Notes under the pieces: generated by a model
Told to the model about the DNA's origin: nothing
What the model saw: the letters and a program-made list of their open reading frames with translations, nothing else
The model's database searches: none
DNA from: Minutocellus sp. GHC0000111
Lineage: Eukaryota
DNA length: 64,000 bases
Assembly: GCA_977018835.1 (NCBI GenBank)
Contig: OZ361259.1
Location: forward strand, 2,294,001-2,358,000
Direction of reading: 5' to 3'
In this document: positions 48,067 to 59,392 of the stretch, in pieces
How positions within the stretch are numbered: the stretch's first letter is position 1
How the letters are laid out: each line of letters opens with the position of its first letter
Translations under genes and position numbers: made by a program

Positions 48067-49149
48067 ATGAGCTGCACCACCCGCTTCACCTCCCTCATCG
48101 GATGTCGTCACCCGATTGTTCTTCCGGGCATGAGCTGGATATCGAAACCGGCACTGGTTGCTGCCGTGTCCAACGCCGGTGGATGTGGCATCTTGGCCAC
48201 CGGGCCGTTGACGTCGGATCAAACGCAAGAGTCCATTCAAGAGATACGCCGCCTCGCACCGGGCAGGCCGTTTGGAATTGGTGCGACACTGCTTATGCCC
48301 GGTGCCAAAGAGAACGCCGAGGTGGCTCTCGAGGAAGAGGTGCCATTGATCAACGTTAGCCTGGGCAAGGCCGACTGGATAGCCGACGCTGCACATTCAT
48401 ACGGGGGCAAGGTTCTGTCGACAATCACCACAGCCAAACACGCAGAGTCAGCTCTCAATTCCGGTGCCGATGCAATCATGTGCACTGGTCATGAAGCCGC
48501 GGCACATGGCGGGGATGTGACATCACTTGTCCTTATTCGAGCGCTTTCCGAGAGATTTCCTGATACACCAATTGTGGCGGCTGGTGGATTTGCCGATGGA
48601 AAAGGCTTGGCAGCTGCTTTGATATTGGGTGCTGATGCTGTGGCATATGGGAGCAGGTTTGCAGTATCCCAGGAAAGCCCCTTGGCTGACGAGATCAAGA
48701 GATTTGTGTCCGTGCCTGATCTCGATGGTGGTGCAACTGAAGCTGATACGTTGTATGGCAAAAACTTCGATGGTCTCTATGCACGAGTGTTGAAAAGTCC
48801 AGCAGCAGAAAGACTCAATGCAAGGCCTGCATCCTTTCCTGTTGTATTCTACCGCGCATTCAAGGCCGCAAGCTCGATGGGTATACCACTTTGGAAGGTT
48901 TTGCCTGGACTCTTGACACAATACAAACAAATGTACGCGGTTGCACAGTTTGGAGCTGCGACTGCCGCCTTAGAAGCTGCCACTGTCGATGGTATTCTGG
49001 GTGATACTGGAGTTCAATTTATTGGGCAATCAGTCGGGTTGATCAAGGACGTCCCTACGGTGGACGAAGTAGTCGAGAGAATAATGATGGATGCATCGAA
49101 TGCCGCTGAAGAGAATGGTCGTAGATTCGCTGCGAAACATGATCAATAA
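48067..49149 (+). CDS. Nitronate monooxygenase / FabK-like FMN TIM-barrel oxidoreductase
   Basis: PIVLPGM, LVAAVSNAGGCG, GHEAAAHGG, VAAGGFADGKG, GSRF and GQSVGLI. Confidence 0.88.
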   Translation: MSCTTRFTSLIGCRHPIVLPGMSWISKPALVAAVSNAGGCGILATGPLTSDQTQESIQEIRRLAPGRPFGIGATLLMPGAKENAEVALEEEVPLINVSLGKADWIADAAHSYGGKVLSTITTAKHAESALNSGADAIMCTGHEAAAHGGDVTSLVLIRALSERFPDTPIVAAGGFADGKGLAAALILGADAVAYGSRFAVSQESPLADEIKRFVSVPDLDGGATEADTLYGKNFDGLYARVLKSPAAERLNARPASFPVVFYRAFKAASSMGIPLWKVLPGLLTQYKQMYAVAQFGAATAALEAATVDGILGDTGVQFIGQSVGLIKDVPTVDEVVERIMMDASNAAEENGRRFAAKHDQ

Positions 49150-49210
49150 CTGACAGAGTCGCATAATGAGTATGTTCTAATATCATGTTTCTAATTCATT
49201 ATGCATATCT

Positions 49211-51643
49211 CTACATCCTCTCTTCGGCCTTTTTGCTCTTGAGAGCGTAGAAGGCGAAAATACGCACGACGATGAAAATCACCAAGAGCATGGCTGCATT
49301 GAAGCCTGCTGAGAACTCAACACCAAGGAATTGAAGCACATCCTCAACGGATGCAGCACCGGTGTCGCCACCATTACATGCCGCCAATAAGCCACTTCCG
49401 TCGCAGGGAACGGGACGATCAAAAACAAGCTGAACTGAACTGTTGTACGAGTACTTGAATGGGGAGATGTATCCAAGCCAAAGCAACCAGTGAGGGACAT
49501 TCCGGACAAAGAAACCACCGACCACCATGAGGCCCAGAGCTGCGACCGTCATGATCACCATTCCCTTCTCCATGTCCAACACCGCCGCACCGAGGAAGAG
49601 ACCGATGGACTCGCCAGCCAGGACAGACAAGAGACTGCAGAGAGTACTAGCAATGAAAATACCAAAATTGTTGTTCACACCGCTCATCCAGTATGATATT
49701 GTCATGTAAATTGCGGGAAGGGCCAATCGAGCAGGAGCCTCGCTCGTGGTTTTGGCCATGAAATAAGCCGAGAGATGGTAGGCGCCACTGGAGCACTCCT
49801 TGAAGATAATGGAACGTTCCAAGGGGAAGGCCATGTAGGCAGTAAACATAGCGTCGAACTAGACAAGAAAGAAATAGAAGAACAGATGGAGAAAATATTA
49901 GATATATGTGTAGTGACGTAGGTTGCTCCAAAAGGAAAATGTTTCGGAGGAGAGATTTCGTCACTTACCACCCAGAAGGTCATCGTAAAGAAGTAGTACG
50001 AGCTTCTGTCAAATACAGTCGACTCGGTGTATGGCATCTGGAACCAGAGCAATCCGCACATCAAGCCAATAGCACCGGCTGTGTATATTGTAAATGCGAT
50101 CGTGATGGAATTAAGAACAAAATATTGTGAGATGAACTACGACGCAATTCCAAACTTTTCCGATACTCTACAACTAAGTAGTCAACAGCCCATCCAGTCC
50201 AGACTCACCCTTGATGAGATTCATCGTTGTGAAAATTGCCGAACGAGAATTCTTCATGCTGCGATGCACCAGTACTGTGTACTGCGTCCACCATGTACTA
50301 TTGAACGACTTTTCCGTGTCGAGGATACTTTGACGTCGAACGAGCTGGCCCCGGCGACCAGGTGCTTCGATCTCCTCCTCAATTTTCTTGGCAGATTCTT
50401 CAGCATCCCAGGATTCGATGAGACGTTGCTTCGTCGTAGTGCCACCGGTGGATCTGCGGCCCATTGCCCCCTTCCTTCGTCGCACCAGGCCCGAGGAGGA
50501 TTTGGCAGTTGGTGCAGTCTCACCATTCTCCTTGAAGGCATCTTCACTGCTCTCTTCGTCATCAACATTTGTAGTATCTTCTTCGATAGCACTGTCCACT
50601 ACCAACAGATCCATCCAGTGATCTGCCGCATTATAGCCCGACGGACACTCCAGCCCAAGCTTCTTGGCATGGTCAAGAGAATCTTGAGGAGTTCCGAAGT
50701 AGACCACATTGCCATCAGCAAGGAGCATGAGCTTGTCAAATCCAAAGAACACAGCAGAGGATGGCTGATGAATACTGGTGATAATGGTCTTGTTGTGGTC
50801 ACGAGCAAGAGAGTGGAGGATCTGCATCAGGGCAACAGCAGATGTGCTGTCCAATCCACTGGTCGGTTCATCCAACAGGACGATGGATGGGTCGGTAAGT
50901 AGTTCGCTGCCAATATTCACTCGCTTCTTCTCGCCACCGGACACCATGAAAATGGGCGTATCGGCACACTTTTCGAGCCGAAGTTGCTGGATGATGCGAT
51001 TGACTTCTCCCAGCTTGCGAGCCTTGGGCCACTCGGAAGGTAGACGAAGGAAGGCAGTGTACGTTAGCTGATCACGGACGGTGAGATGACCAAAGAACAA
51101 ATCGTTTTGCTTGACGTAGGCAATTTTCTTCTTGAGGCGCTTCATGACGCGTTCGGTCACAACCTCATGGTCGAGGACGATGGTACCGCCGTCGTAGGCA
51201 CTTCGCCCGGCAAGAACGTCGAGGATACTTGTCTTGCCAGATCCACTGGGACCCATGAGGGCCAATACTTCGCCAGGAGCGGCGCTTCCAGAGACGCCAT
51301 TGAGGATGGTCTTTTTGACCGACTGAGTTCCCGCCTTCTTCAAGTCCTCGGCACTCTCAGGACTTGGTGCCGCAATGGAGCCGCGGAGAAGGCCGCTGTT
51401 GACCTCCTTGACCTCCACCTCCTTGGTGATGCGCGTCCAACGGAGGAATTTCCCTTCCGAATTGGCGACCGACTTGGTCACCGCCGGCGCAGCAGCAGCA
51501 TTGCTACCGCCGACGCCGCCGGCGCCACTTTCGAGGTCCATCTCGTCTGCGAACGGCTCAGGCTCATTCTCGCCACTCATGGCGTTTGTTTGGTTGGTGG
51601 ATGATGATGATTCAATGATACTATCAGGTGCTTCTGGTGGCAT
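49211..51643 (-). CDS. ABCG-family half transporter, 3 exons
   Basis: Walker A GPSGSGKT, signature VSGGEKKRV, LLDEPTSGLDS and SIHQP; introns 50208..50079 and 49968..49859; ABC2 membrane domain at the C-terminus. Confidence 0.95.
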
Positions 51644-51926
51644 ACTGTATTATATGCTGCAAATGGGCTTGGTTCGCTGTTGGAAAAATTGCTAACGTAG
51701 TGACGAGATGCACGGCCCAGGACGGAACTGTTGGTCAAACGACGAGGAGTTCCAAGGAAAATGACGGTCGTGACAAAGCAACAGCAACACGGCATGCGTG
51801 ATGATGCATGACTGACGCGACGAGCCGCACCAGCCAGCTCATCAGAACCGAAATCATGCTCGGCGAAGTTGGGAAGAAACCCGCGGGACCAAAAAGTTGC
51901 GGCACTGCCCCAAGTTTGGCCGAGAT

Positions 51927-52027
51927 TACCGGTACACGTAGATCTACATGTAGATCTACATGTAGCAACGTACCGGTATACCATGGTACATGTACCCTGG
52001 TCTAGATCTAGTCTAGTAGTACATGTA
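51927..52027. repeat. Intergenic TA-palindrome array (largest in the window)
   Basis: TA CCGG TA CACG TA GATC TA CATG TA GATC TA CATG TA ... TA CCGG TA TA CCATGG TA CATG TA ... TA GATC TA ... TA CATG TA. Contains 22-bp perfect palindromes at 51938..51959 and 51944..51965. Confidence 0.88.
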
Positions 52028-52238
52028 CGCAGCACTGTACCGGCAGTTGAATGGAATTGGATCGGCTAAAATGTATGATTAATTATGAAATGTACATGTG
52101 AATAAATTGGAGGCGCGCGTGCAATTGTCAGCATCGATCAGCTCTATCGGCAAGCATGCCAATGACTTCGTTTTTAAAAACCTTTTTTCTCTTCTCTTGT
52201 CTCAATGTTCAATCTCTACAAATGCAACCTATCACCGG

Positions 52239-55200
52239 TCACTGAAATCCCAACTGTTTATGGACAGAACCATACATGGACAAAGTCGCCGTTTCGCCAT
52301 CTTTGGATGGTGGAATACTCCTCACACCACCCTGACTTTCCTCCGATTCCACATCAGAATCCCAGTACATGGTGTCAGCGTCGAAAGAGTAGGAAGGGGC
52401 TTGGCCAACTACTTCTGGCGTATGTACACTGTCTCCTGCCCCTTCTTTACTTTCGTTGTCATCCTTGTCAGTCTCGCGTAAAGCCGTTGGATTAGCGGCA
52501 CCACCGTCACCTTCCTCATCGGAACCGTTATCGGTACGTGAAAAAGTCGGCCGCGTCAGACGTTTTGGGGTATTATTACCTGCATTCTTCTTCGAGACGA
52601 GGTCCATGGCAGCGAGCATGGTCCTTCGTTCACTCAGTGGGTCCGAAAATCTTGATGCCGCACCACAGTTTGCGCTCCGTGGCGTCTTAAGATCGGCAGC
52701 GTCATCAAGACAACCAGCATCGTGGCTACGAGAGTACGTGAGATCCGGCAAGGTCAACTCGTCGGTATGATGGGAAGGACATGCTTCGATTGACCTGGTT
52801 TCCACGATGCCTCCCTCATCAGTCCTCGAAAATATTCTCTTACCGCCCATTGGTGTGTTGACGGAAAGAACCGCGTCTGGAATTGCAAAGTCATCGATTG
52901 GTGGTGCTGCAACAACGTTCTTTCTGCTCTTATGGTCTGGAGTCGATAAAGGACCAGGATTAATGCTGGACAGAGTGCCTGTCGGGTCGTCGATTGGAGG
53001 AGGCATCCTTGGAGAGTCTGCGAATAGCTTCTTGTGTTTTTGTCCTGTATTTCGAGGAGTGTGGATCTCATTCGTCAACGCTGAGACGTAGAGATCTGTT
53101 GTCGAGTTGGTATCATGAGATGTAATGGAGACGTTATCATCTCCGCCCTCAGTCTCTGACCATTCCCCCAGCTGCTCCTCAAGCACGCTACGAGCGTCCT
53201 TCTCACTATCAGCTCGCATGGCCCTGGTACAATCCAACGACATACCCGAGAGGCGGGCAATGTGTCTGGCTGATATCCCTGCGGTACTGTTTCGACTCGG
53301 TGGACGCCTTGCAGGAAGCGGCAGTCTTCTGGATGACGGCGACGTCGCTGAAGCTTCAGAAACAGTTCCACCACCAACATCAGACAGACTCCTCATGGAT
53401 CGCTGTCCAGATGCAAACGTTGCGGTTTTCAGCAAGTTCCCAAGAGATGCTGCAATGTTCTGAAAGCTACTTCCAGATCCATCACTACCAATGGCCGATC
53501 GATGATCACCTGTGGCATCTCTTCGTTTGTTGCTAGAAGGACCGCCCAGTACGTCCTTCTGGACTCCTTTACCCGCCATATCGGTCCGAAGGCGTAAGTG
53601 TATGTCACCAAAATTTGGTACAATATCTTCTATATTTCGCAGTTGAAGGACAGGGACCCTTTCGATCCTCTTCCGATCGCTAAGAGGAGTGGACAGCGCC
53701 GAAATTATGCTCGAACCTGCTATCGTAGTTTCCGTTCGCGATGTAGCCGTTCTCCGAAGCGGTGTTGTAGGGTGATATGAATCTGTGAATGAGTTTGAGC
53801 GTTTCTTGAGTGATACTGGCACTGCCGTTGGAGGATGAACAACTGGGCTATGTTGAACGCTCTTGACTCTTTTGCTCTGGGCGGGCGTCGTCGGATCATA
53901 CTTGGCAATTGCAGATGATACCCAACCTACCATTGGAGAAGAGGGCGGTGCAGCTAGAGCATTCTTCATCCACTCTTTCATGGGAGACGGCGGAGGTTCG
54001 ACTAATGTTTTTTCCTCAATAGGTTTCGCGTCAAACATACATTCCCAAGGGCGGCGATTATCAGGCACTGGCTCGCCGCTCCTCCAGGATTTCATGGGAG
54101 CATTTTCTTCCTCAGCTTGTTTCGATACTGCTGCGCTCGCTGCCAAGACAACGTCAAAGGTCGACGCAGCTCCGACAATTTTTTCTTCTCCAGCCTCCGC
54201 AGCTCTTTCTGCCTCGCGAGCAAGCTCTTCCATTTCAGCCCGACGAATCTCTTCCCTTATCTGGCGTGCTCTCCGTGCCAATTCTCTCTCGGCAAGAAGC
54301 TCATCGGTGTACTCGTCGTCTGAGTCTGAATCTGAGGCGACGCCAGCGCTATTGGACGATGCTGAGTCGCCTCTTCCTAAGCTGCCCGAAGCATCGTCGT
54401 GATATAGTCCCCTTCGCTTATTTGCCCCCGACGCAACCAACAAATCTAATGTGTTCGTTCTTCTTTCGACATTGCTGCCTCGCTTGATGCTGAACCCACC
54501 GAGCTGCCCAAGATCATCAAAATCAAGACTCTTGGATGCTAAATCATGGTCACTATCGCCATATGAGTCATCGTGATCATTGAGTGAAATTAGCTGAGAG
54601 TGTGCTCGAGCAGCTTTGGCCATGGCCGCAATCATTCGGCACCGATTTTGCTCCTTGATTTGATGCTGTCGGTGCACATCCTCGAGCCACAGTGACATTC
54701 CGAGACTCAAGCTGCTCTGATTTGCCCTGTGCGAGCGACGCTGCCTGCCACTTTGTGACTCCGGCGACGAAGCAAGTTGGGTAGTTGGTGACAGTCCTCG
54801 GGCTGCTTCCATATTGCTGGCTTCCATTGACAAATCGCCGTTGTCAACATTGGCCCTTTCTTGAGCAACGAGAATAGTGTTGTCGTCATCAAGCGCACCC
54901 TTACCCCCGCAAAAATCTGGAACATACCCCACAAGAAGTGATCGCAAATCTCCATTCGTCGTCCCATTGTTGTCACAACATCCTGGTATTTGCCTAGGAG
55001 ACTTCTCTATGTCGCCGCACATGCCCCATGCCTGAACAGCGCTGGCAGAATGAGCTCGAGGAAAGCATGTTCTTCTCGAGGACAAATCTTGGGAGAGAGA
55101 TCGATGGATTTCATGATGGTCGATAACAGAGCCCTCCGACATTGTTCGACTTAGCTCGAGTAGCGACGTCGTCTTCACCACCGTTGCCTGCGGCGAGGAT

Positions 55201-56633
55201 GACCTGGCAATGTCAGGCCTTCGGTTGTTTGTGCTGCCCAGGCTGGTACTGAGGCTGGTCCCTCGGGGCGAAAATCGCATTGCTGGCGATGACTTCATTG
55301 TCAGCGGCATGGGAGGGGCCCCGTCCAGCATCTGAAGGCCGACCTCTGGCGATTTGGCACCCCCTTCTAACGAGCTCTGCGGCATTCGAGTGGGAGATAA
55401 CGATGGGATACTGTTCTCCCCTCGCAGAAGGGGATTGCTAAGCGCTCTACCGGCCCACACCCTTTGCGTCTCCCGGTGCGGACTTGCGACAGTAGATCCG
55501 TGGCCAGCTGGAGCAGTAGCGGGGGCTGCGTTTTTTCTGCTGATGCTACCGCTAGCACCCTTTTGCTGTGGACTTGACGGAGTACTCCTAGTAGGCACGC
55601 TGCCCTGTCCACCCATCTCATCGGGAAAGTACTTGTCCAATAGACTGTCCAACCGAGAATTATTGGTTGAATCCGATCCGACAGAGCTGTCATCGCTGCT
55701 TTTGCCGTCTTGGTCCGGACCATCCAGAGCATACTGGAAGGCAGTGCCATCCAGCTCATCACCAGACGATAAAGATTGAAAAATTACGGCCCCGTCATCA
55801 TCTTCGTCAGTCCCTTTTCGTCCATTATTATATGCGCTGTCAGACTGGCCACCGGCCTCGGGCATTGGAAAGGGAGGAATCGACATCTCCTCCCTCCCCC
55901 GGCTCGTCTTGGTCTTGCTCCGACGTCTACTCGTAGTAGTAGCATCGAAATTTCGTTTCAACAGCTGCTGCTGCGTTGACGCATCTTTTCCATTCTGTCT
56001 CCTCCGACGACTCCTTTTGAGGCTGGTCCTTTTTGGTCGGGTTGTGTCGGAGGGTACTGTCTGTATATTGCACGTGGGATGGCGGTTATACTCATCTTCC
56101 CCTCCTACATCTCCATCCAACGACTGTCGGGGATTCAACGGGGACGTTGACGATGGCTTCATGTCTCCGCATTCAATCGCATCGGAAGCCGATCGGTGGG
56201 ACGACTCGCCACTGCTGCTGCTATCGCCAACGCTGCTCCCCGGCGACTCTCGCTTTGGGGGAGTCAGTATCGCATCTCCGGCATCCACGAGGTCGCGAGA
56301 GAGCATTGTTGCCACCGCGTTGCTGCCGTCATCACCGCATTGCTCATCCGCCGCGGCTGCGCCTGTACCTGTACTGGAGGGCGCCTGCGGCTTGGTCGGT
56401 GGCAATGCATCGTGCGTCGACTGTTCCTGTGCGTGCTCGGACTGGCGCAGCTGTTGCACTTTGCCGTCGTCGTCGGTCTGGGATGAACCGTCTCGGCTCC
56501 GCCGCCGGCGTTGTGGAGACCGAGACGCTCCTCGTGCCGCCGCCGCCGCTCCCGACTTGGCCGGGACAATGCCACTATCGATGGAATGCGTCGAAGATAC
56601 CCGCCACTCGGAATTCATCCCATCCTGCACCAT
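52239..56633 (-). CDS. Large (1464 aa) Ser/Arg/Asp-rich, mostly disordered hypothetical protein with a short coiled coil
   Basis: Uninterrupted 4.4-kb ORF; no domain recognised. Confidence 0.75.
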   Translation of the reverse strand: MVQDGMNSEWRVSSTHSIDSGIVPAKSGAAAAARGASRSPQRRRRSRDGSSQTDDDGKVQQLRQSEHAQEQSTHDALPPTKPQAPSSTGTGAAAADEQCGDDGSNAVATMLSRDLVDAGDAILTPPKRESPGSSVGDSSSSGESSHRSASDAIECGDMKPSSTSPLNPRQSLDGDVGGEDEYNRHPTCNIQTVPSDTTRPKRTSLKRSRRRRQNGKDASTQQQLLKRNFDATTTSRRRSKTKTSRGREEMSIPPFPMPEAGGQSDSAYNNGRKGTDEDDDGAVIFQSLSSGDELDGTAFQYALDGPDQDGKSSDDSSVGSDSTNNSRLDSLLDKYFPDEMGGQGSVPTRSTPSSPQQKGASGSISRKNAAPATAPAGHGSTVASPHRETQRVWAGRALSNPLLRGENSIPSLSPTRMPQSSLEGGAKSPEVGLQMLDGAPPMPLTMKSSPAMRFSPRGTSLSTSLGSTNNRRPDIARSSSPQATVVKTTSLLELSRTMSEGSVIDHHEIHRSLSQDLSSRRTCFPRAHSASAVQAWGMCGDIEKSPRQIPGCCDNNGTTNGDLRSLLVGYVPDFCGGKGALDDDNTILVAQERANVDNGDLSMEASNMEAARGLSPTTQLASSPESQSGRQRRSHRANQSSLSLGMSLWLEDVHRQHQIKEQNRCRMIAAMAKAARAHSQLISLNDHDDSYGDSDHDLASKSLDFDDLGQLGGFSIKRGSNVERRTNTLDLLVASGANKRRGLYHDDASGSLGRGDSASSNSAGVASDSDSDDEYTDELLAERELARRARQIREEIRRAEMEELAREAERAAEAGEEKIVGAASTFDVVLAASAAVSKQAEEENAPMKSWRSGEPVPDNRRPWECMFDAKPIEEKTLVEPPPSPMKEWMKNALAAPPSSPMVGWVSSAIAKYDPTTPAQSKRVKSVQHSPVVHPPTAVPVSLKKRSNSFTDSYHPTTPLRRTATSRTETTIAGSSIISALSTPLSDRKRIERVPVLQLRNIEDIVPNFGDIHLRLRTDMAGKGVQKDVLGGPSSNKRRDATGDHRSAIGSDGSGSSFQNIAASLGNLLKTATFASGQRSMRSLSDVGGGTVSEASATSPSSRRLPLPARRPPSRNSTAGISARHIARLSGMSLDCTRAMRADSEKDARSVLEEQLGEWSETEGGDDNVSITSHDTNSTTDLYVSALTNEIHTPRNTGQKHKKLFADSPRMPPPIDDPTGTLSSINPGPLSTPDHKSRKNVVAAPPIDDFAIPDAVLSVNTPMGGKRIFSRTDEGGIVETRSIEACPSHHTDELTLPDLTYSRSHDAGCLDDAADLKTPRSANCGAASRFSDPLSERRTMLAAMDLVSKKNAGNNTPKRLTRPTFSRTDNGSDEEGDGGAANPTALRETDKDDNESKEGAGDSVHTPEVVGQAPSYSFDADTMYWDSDVESEESQGGVRSIPPSKDGETATLSMYGSVHKQLGFQ

Positions 56634-57027
56634 TTTGGTGGATTATTCGTGCAGTCAGTTTGAGCAGGGTGGATGGACAAGTGATTGAGTCGGATGGACC
56701 GACGGTCCTGTGGCGAGGAGTGTGTGCGAGCGTTGAGCCTGCCTGGGGTGGGCCCAAACCAAACGGCGGAAGCACAAGATGTGGCGCGACCGCCTAGAGG
56801 CGAACTAGAAGTAACTTGCCGGTTCAACAACAACAATGCTAATCAAAATAAGAGGCACATCTCCATCTCTTGAAGGACAAGGGGCAAAGGTACTGTAGGT
56901 GGCGAGGCGGTTCCGCGATAACAATGGTCTATGCACAATGCATGGAAATGCGTTCGGTCGCTTCCGCTCCATTTATTTTCGTTTTTCGTTTCCAAGGTTT
57001 GTCAGCGAGAAGTTGGCTTTGCTTACC

Positions 57028-57203
57028 TACGCGTAGCTACGTAGGCCTAGTACGTACGACCCTAGCTACGTAGCTACGTACGTACGCTGTAGGATCGTAG
57101 GGGGAGTGAGAAGCAGTGAATGAAGGATTTACTCTAAACCTACGTAGCTTAGTACGAGATCAACCTTAGGGGCCTTAGACTATTAGATCTACCGGTACCG
57201 GTA
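57028..57203. repeat. Intergenic TA-palindrome array
   Basis: TA CGCG TA GC TA CG TA GGCC TA G TA CG TA ... TA GC TA CG TA GC TA CG TA CG TA; then TA GATC TA CCGG TA CCGG TA at 57184. Confidence 0.85.
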
Positions 57204-57226
57204 GGTTCCAACTTATTACTTCCAAT

Positions 57227-59176
57227 TCATGACCGACGACGACGCTCGCGTGCTTTTTGACGTTCCACTGCCAGGACGATGGAAGTCGAGGCCTTTTTGA
57301 CTCGTTCTCGGGAAAGCTCCTCCTCCTCCAGATCTCCGTAACCATCGTCGAGGCCGGCGGTATTGTTTGTCTCGTAGAGGTCATCTTTGGCAGAAGGTAG
57401 GACGATGCGCTGATTGTAGGGGCGATCATCGTCATCCTCCGGATCTCCCGCTTCATCTTCATCGGCAGTAGATCTACATGCAGCAGAGCCAATGCTGGCA
57501 AAAGATGTTGTCGATTGATGTCCACCTTCTCCATCAACGCATTCAATTCCACCGCCACTACTTCCAAGATTTGATCGAGGGTGGCGCGAGCAGATGGTAG
57601 TAGATCTACTGCCTACATCCAACCCGCCCGTGATTTCTCTTTCGCGAATTCTCGCCATGATTTCCACCAGAATATCACCAATACTCCAAATCACATCTGG
57701 AAGAGCAGAGTTTGGTGATGACGACGGTGTGGACGACGACGACGACGAGGAGGAGGTAGTGATCGAGGAGGATATAACGTCTGGAAGAGCAAGGCGACTC
57801 CCAGCGTTCAGCTCTCGTCTTGCGGGCTCAAGCTTATCTTGAAGGTGCTTTATCCCAGCTTTGACGCTGAATAGACTGCTAACGTAGCGATCGTGCTTGT
57901 CCCGATACCTCGTCAGATTACTAATGCTCTCGTTGAGACGTTTCTCCTTGTCATCGATGGCCTTGCGTCGATGAGGGCTATTGGACCCACTGTACTGCAA
58001 ATCCTCCACACTTGTCTTGAGCTCATCCCGGCGCTGAACCAGTTGCTCAATACGTTCCTGATTCGTCTTGGACAGGGCCACCAAATTGTCGGTGGTACCT
58101 TCCTGGCCAACAATCTTCTCAATTACCTCGTTGACATCGCCGACGCCGGTGGCATCTCGAATCCTGCGAAATGCCTGATCGTACACGCCAATCTTTTCCT
58201 CTTGCTCTTCCTGCAATCTATCGACATGCGTTTCTTGACCACCCATCACACTGCCCCTTCTCATTAGAGAGGCTCGTCGATTCCGGAAGCTACTGCTGCG
58301 TCCAAGGCCGGCTCCACCAATTCCGCCGGCACCATTCAAGGCTTGTGCTGCAGCGACTACTTGCTTACTTTGCTCGTTTTGCTTCTTTTGTTTCTCCTCG
58401 TCCTTCTTGCGCTGGCGTTCAATCATTTGTTTGCGAACCTTGATCATCTGATGCTTCTCTCGAAGCTCACCCTCCCTGGCCAGTCGCTTCTCTTCGTACT
58501 GGCATCGATGCGTATGAAGCTGTTGCTGCACAATGTCTCTGGCATGGCTGGCATCTCCGGACAGCAAAAGCAGTTCCTCGTAGTCTCTCTGCTTGGCCTG
58601 AACGGTCCTTTCCAGCGCTGTTAGCTGATTGTCAAAGCCAATCCGTTCCTCCTTGAGCCGCTTGAGAATGTGTTCGTATGTGCTCCGTATGCTCTGCGCC
58701 TCGTTGTATTTGATCATGGCCTTGTCCAGTTTGCTTTCCAGCGATCGGATCTGTCGAGTGAGCGATGCATCACCATCTCTCATCTCTCTACTACTTGTAT
58801 TGGGACTGTGCGGCGCACCACCCTCACCCATGCCGCTACCTGCCTCCAGCTCGCACGCCTTGGCCTCGTCTCCCAGCTTCATGAGCTCTCTCTTACGTTT
58901 GGCGGATGTTACCTTGAGAGAATCGTATTCGGCTCTCCGCTTCAGCACCTCCTTTCGCAGGGTCGACAATTCGTTCTTCCCCTGATGCTTGCTGGAAGTG
59001 AAGGTCTTGTGCAACTTGGTTAGCTTGGATTTGAGTTCCTTGTTCTCCTCACGGAGCTTCCCTATCTCTTCGGCATTGTTCACCTTGGTCGTTTCGATGA
59101 GATCGACATTGGCCCTTCGATCCTTCTGGAGCAGCTGGAGCCTTTGCCTTAGGTCGTCAACAATCTGTTGGCTCAT
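57227..59176 (-). CDS. Outer dynein arm docking/assembly coiled-coil protein, CCDC151/ODAD3-like
   Basis: Long coiled coil with IRSLESKLDKAMIKYNEAQSIRSTYEHILKRLKEE and AFRRIRDATGVGDVNEVIEK. Confidence 0.7.
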   Translation of the reverse strand: MSQQIVDDLRQRLQLLQKDRRANVDLIETTKVNNAEEIGKLREENKELKSKLTKLHKTFTSSKHQGKNELSTLRKEVLKRRAEYDSLKVTSAKRKRELMKLGDEAKACELEAGSGMGEGGAPHSPNTSSREMRDGDASLTRQIRSLESKLDKAMIKYNEAQSIRSTYEHILKRLKEERIGFDNQLTALERTVQAKQRDYEELLLLSGDASHARDIVQQQLHTHRCQYEEKRLAREGELREKHQMIKVRKQMIERQRKKDEEKQKKQNEQSKQVVAAAQALNGAGGIGGAGLGRSSSFRNRRASLMRRGSVMGGQETHVDRLQEEQEEKIGVYDQAFRRIRDATGVGDVNEVIEKIVGQEGTTDNLVALSKTNQERIEQLVQRRDELKTSVEDLQYSGSNSPHRRKAIDDKEKRLNESISNLTRYRDKHDRYVSSLFSVKAGIKHLQDKLEPARRELNAGSRLALPDVISSSITTSSSSSSSSTPSSSPNSALPDVIWSIGDILVEIMARIREREITGGLDVGSRSTTICSRHPRSNLGSSGGGIECVDGEGGHQSTTSFASIGSAACRSTADEDEAGDPEDDDDRPYNQRIVLPSAKDDLYETNNTAGLDDGYGDLEEEELSRERVKKASTSIVLAVERQKARERRRRS

Positions 59177-59392
59177 CGAAGGGAGGAGACCTAGCTAGGG
59201 ACAGGGTAGTATCGAAATCAAGTAAGTCTCCTTGGTGTATCCTGTATCTGCCCCGATCGTGTGTGTCATATCAGAATGAGAGCCCATGTCAGGCCCAAGC
59301 TCGACTCACACTCACAGAATATACAGTCAGACGTCCCTGCGGTCAGTAGCAGTACCTCAGACTCTATACACGTTACACCAGCAATTACCACC

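Noticed and set aside
50027..51604. Plus-strand ORFs 50027..50902 and 51086..51604
   Set aside because: They are antisense shadows of the ABCG gene.
55909..56797. Plus-strand ORFs of 259 and 254 aa
   Set aside because: They are antisense to the 1464-aa ORF, with composition typical of reverse-frame translation of GC-rich coding DNA.
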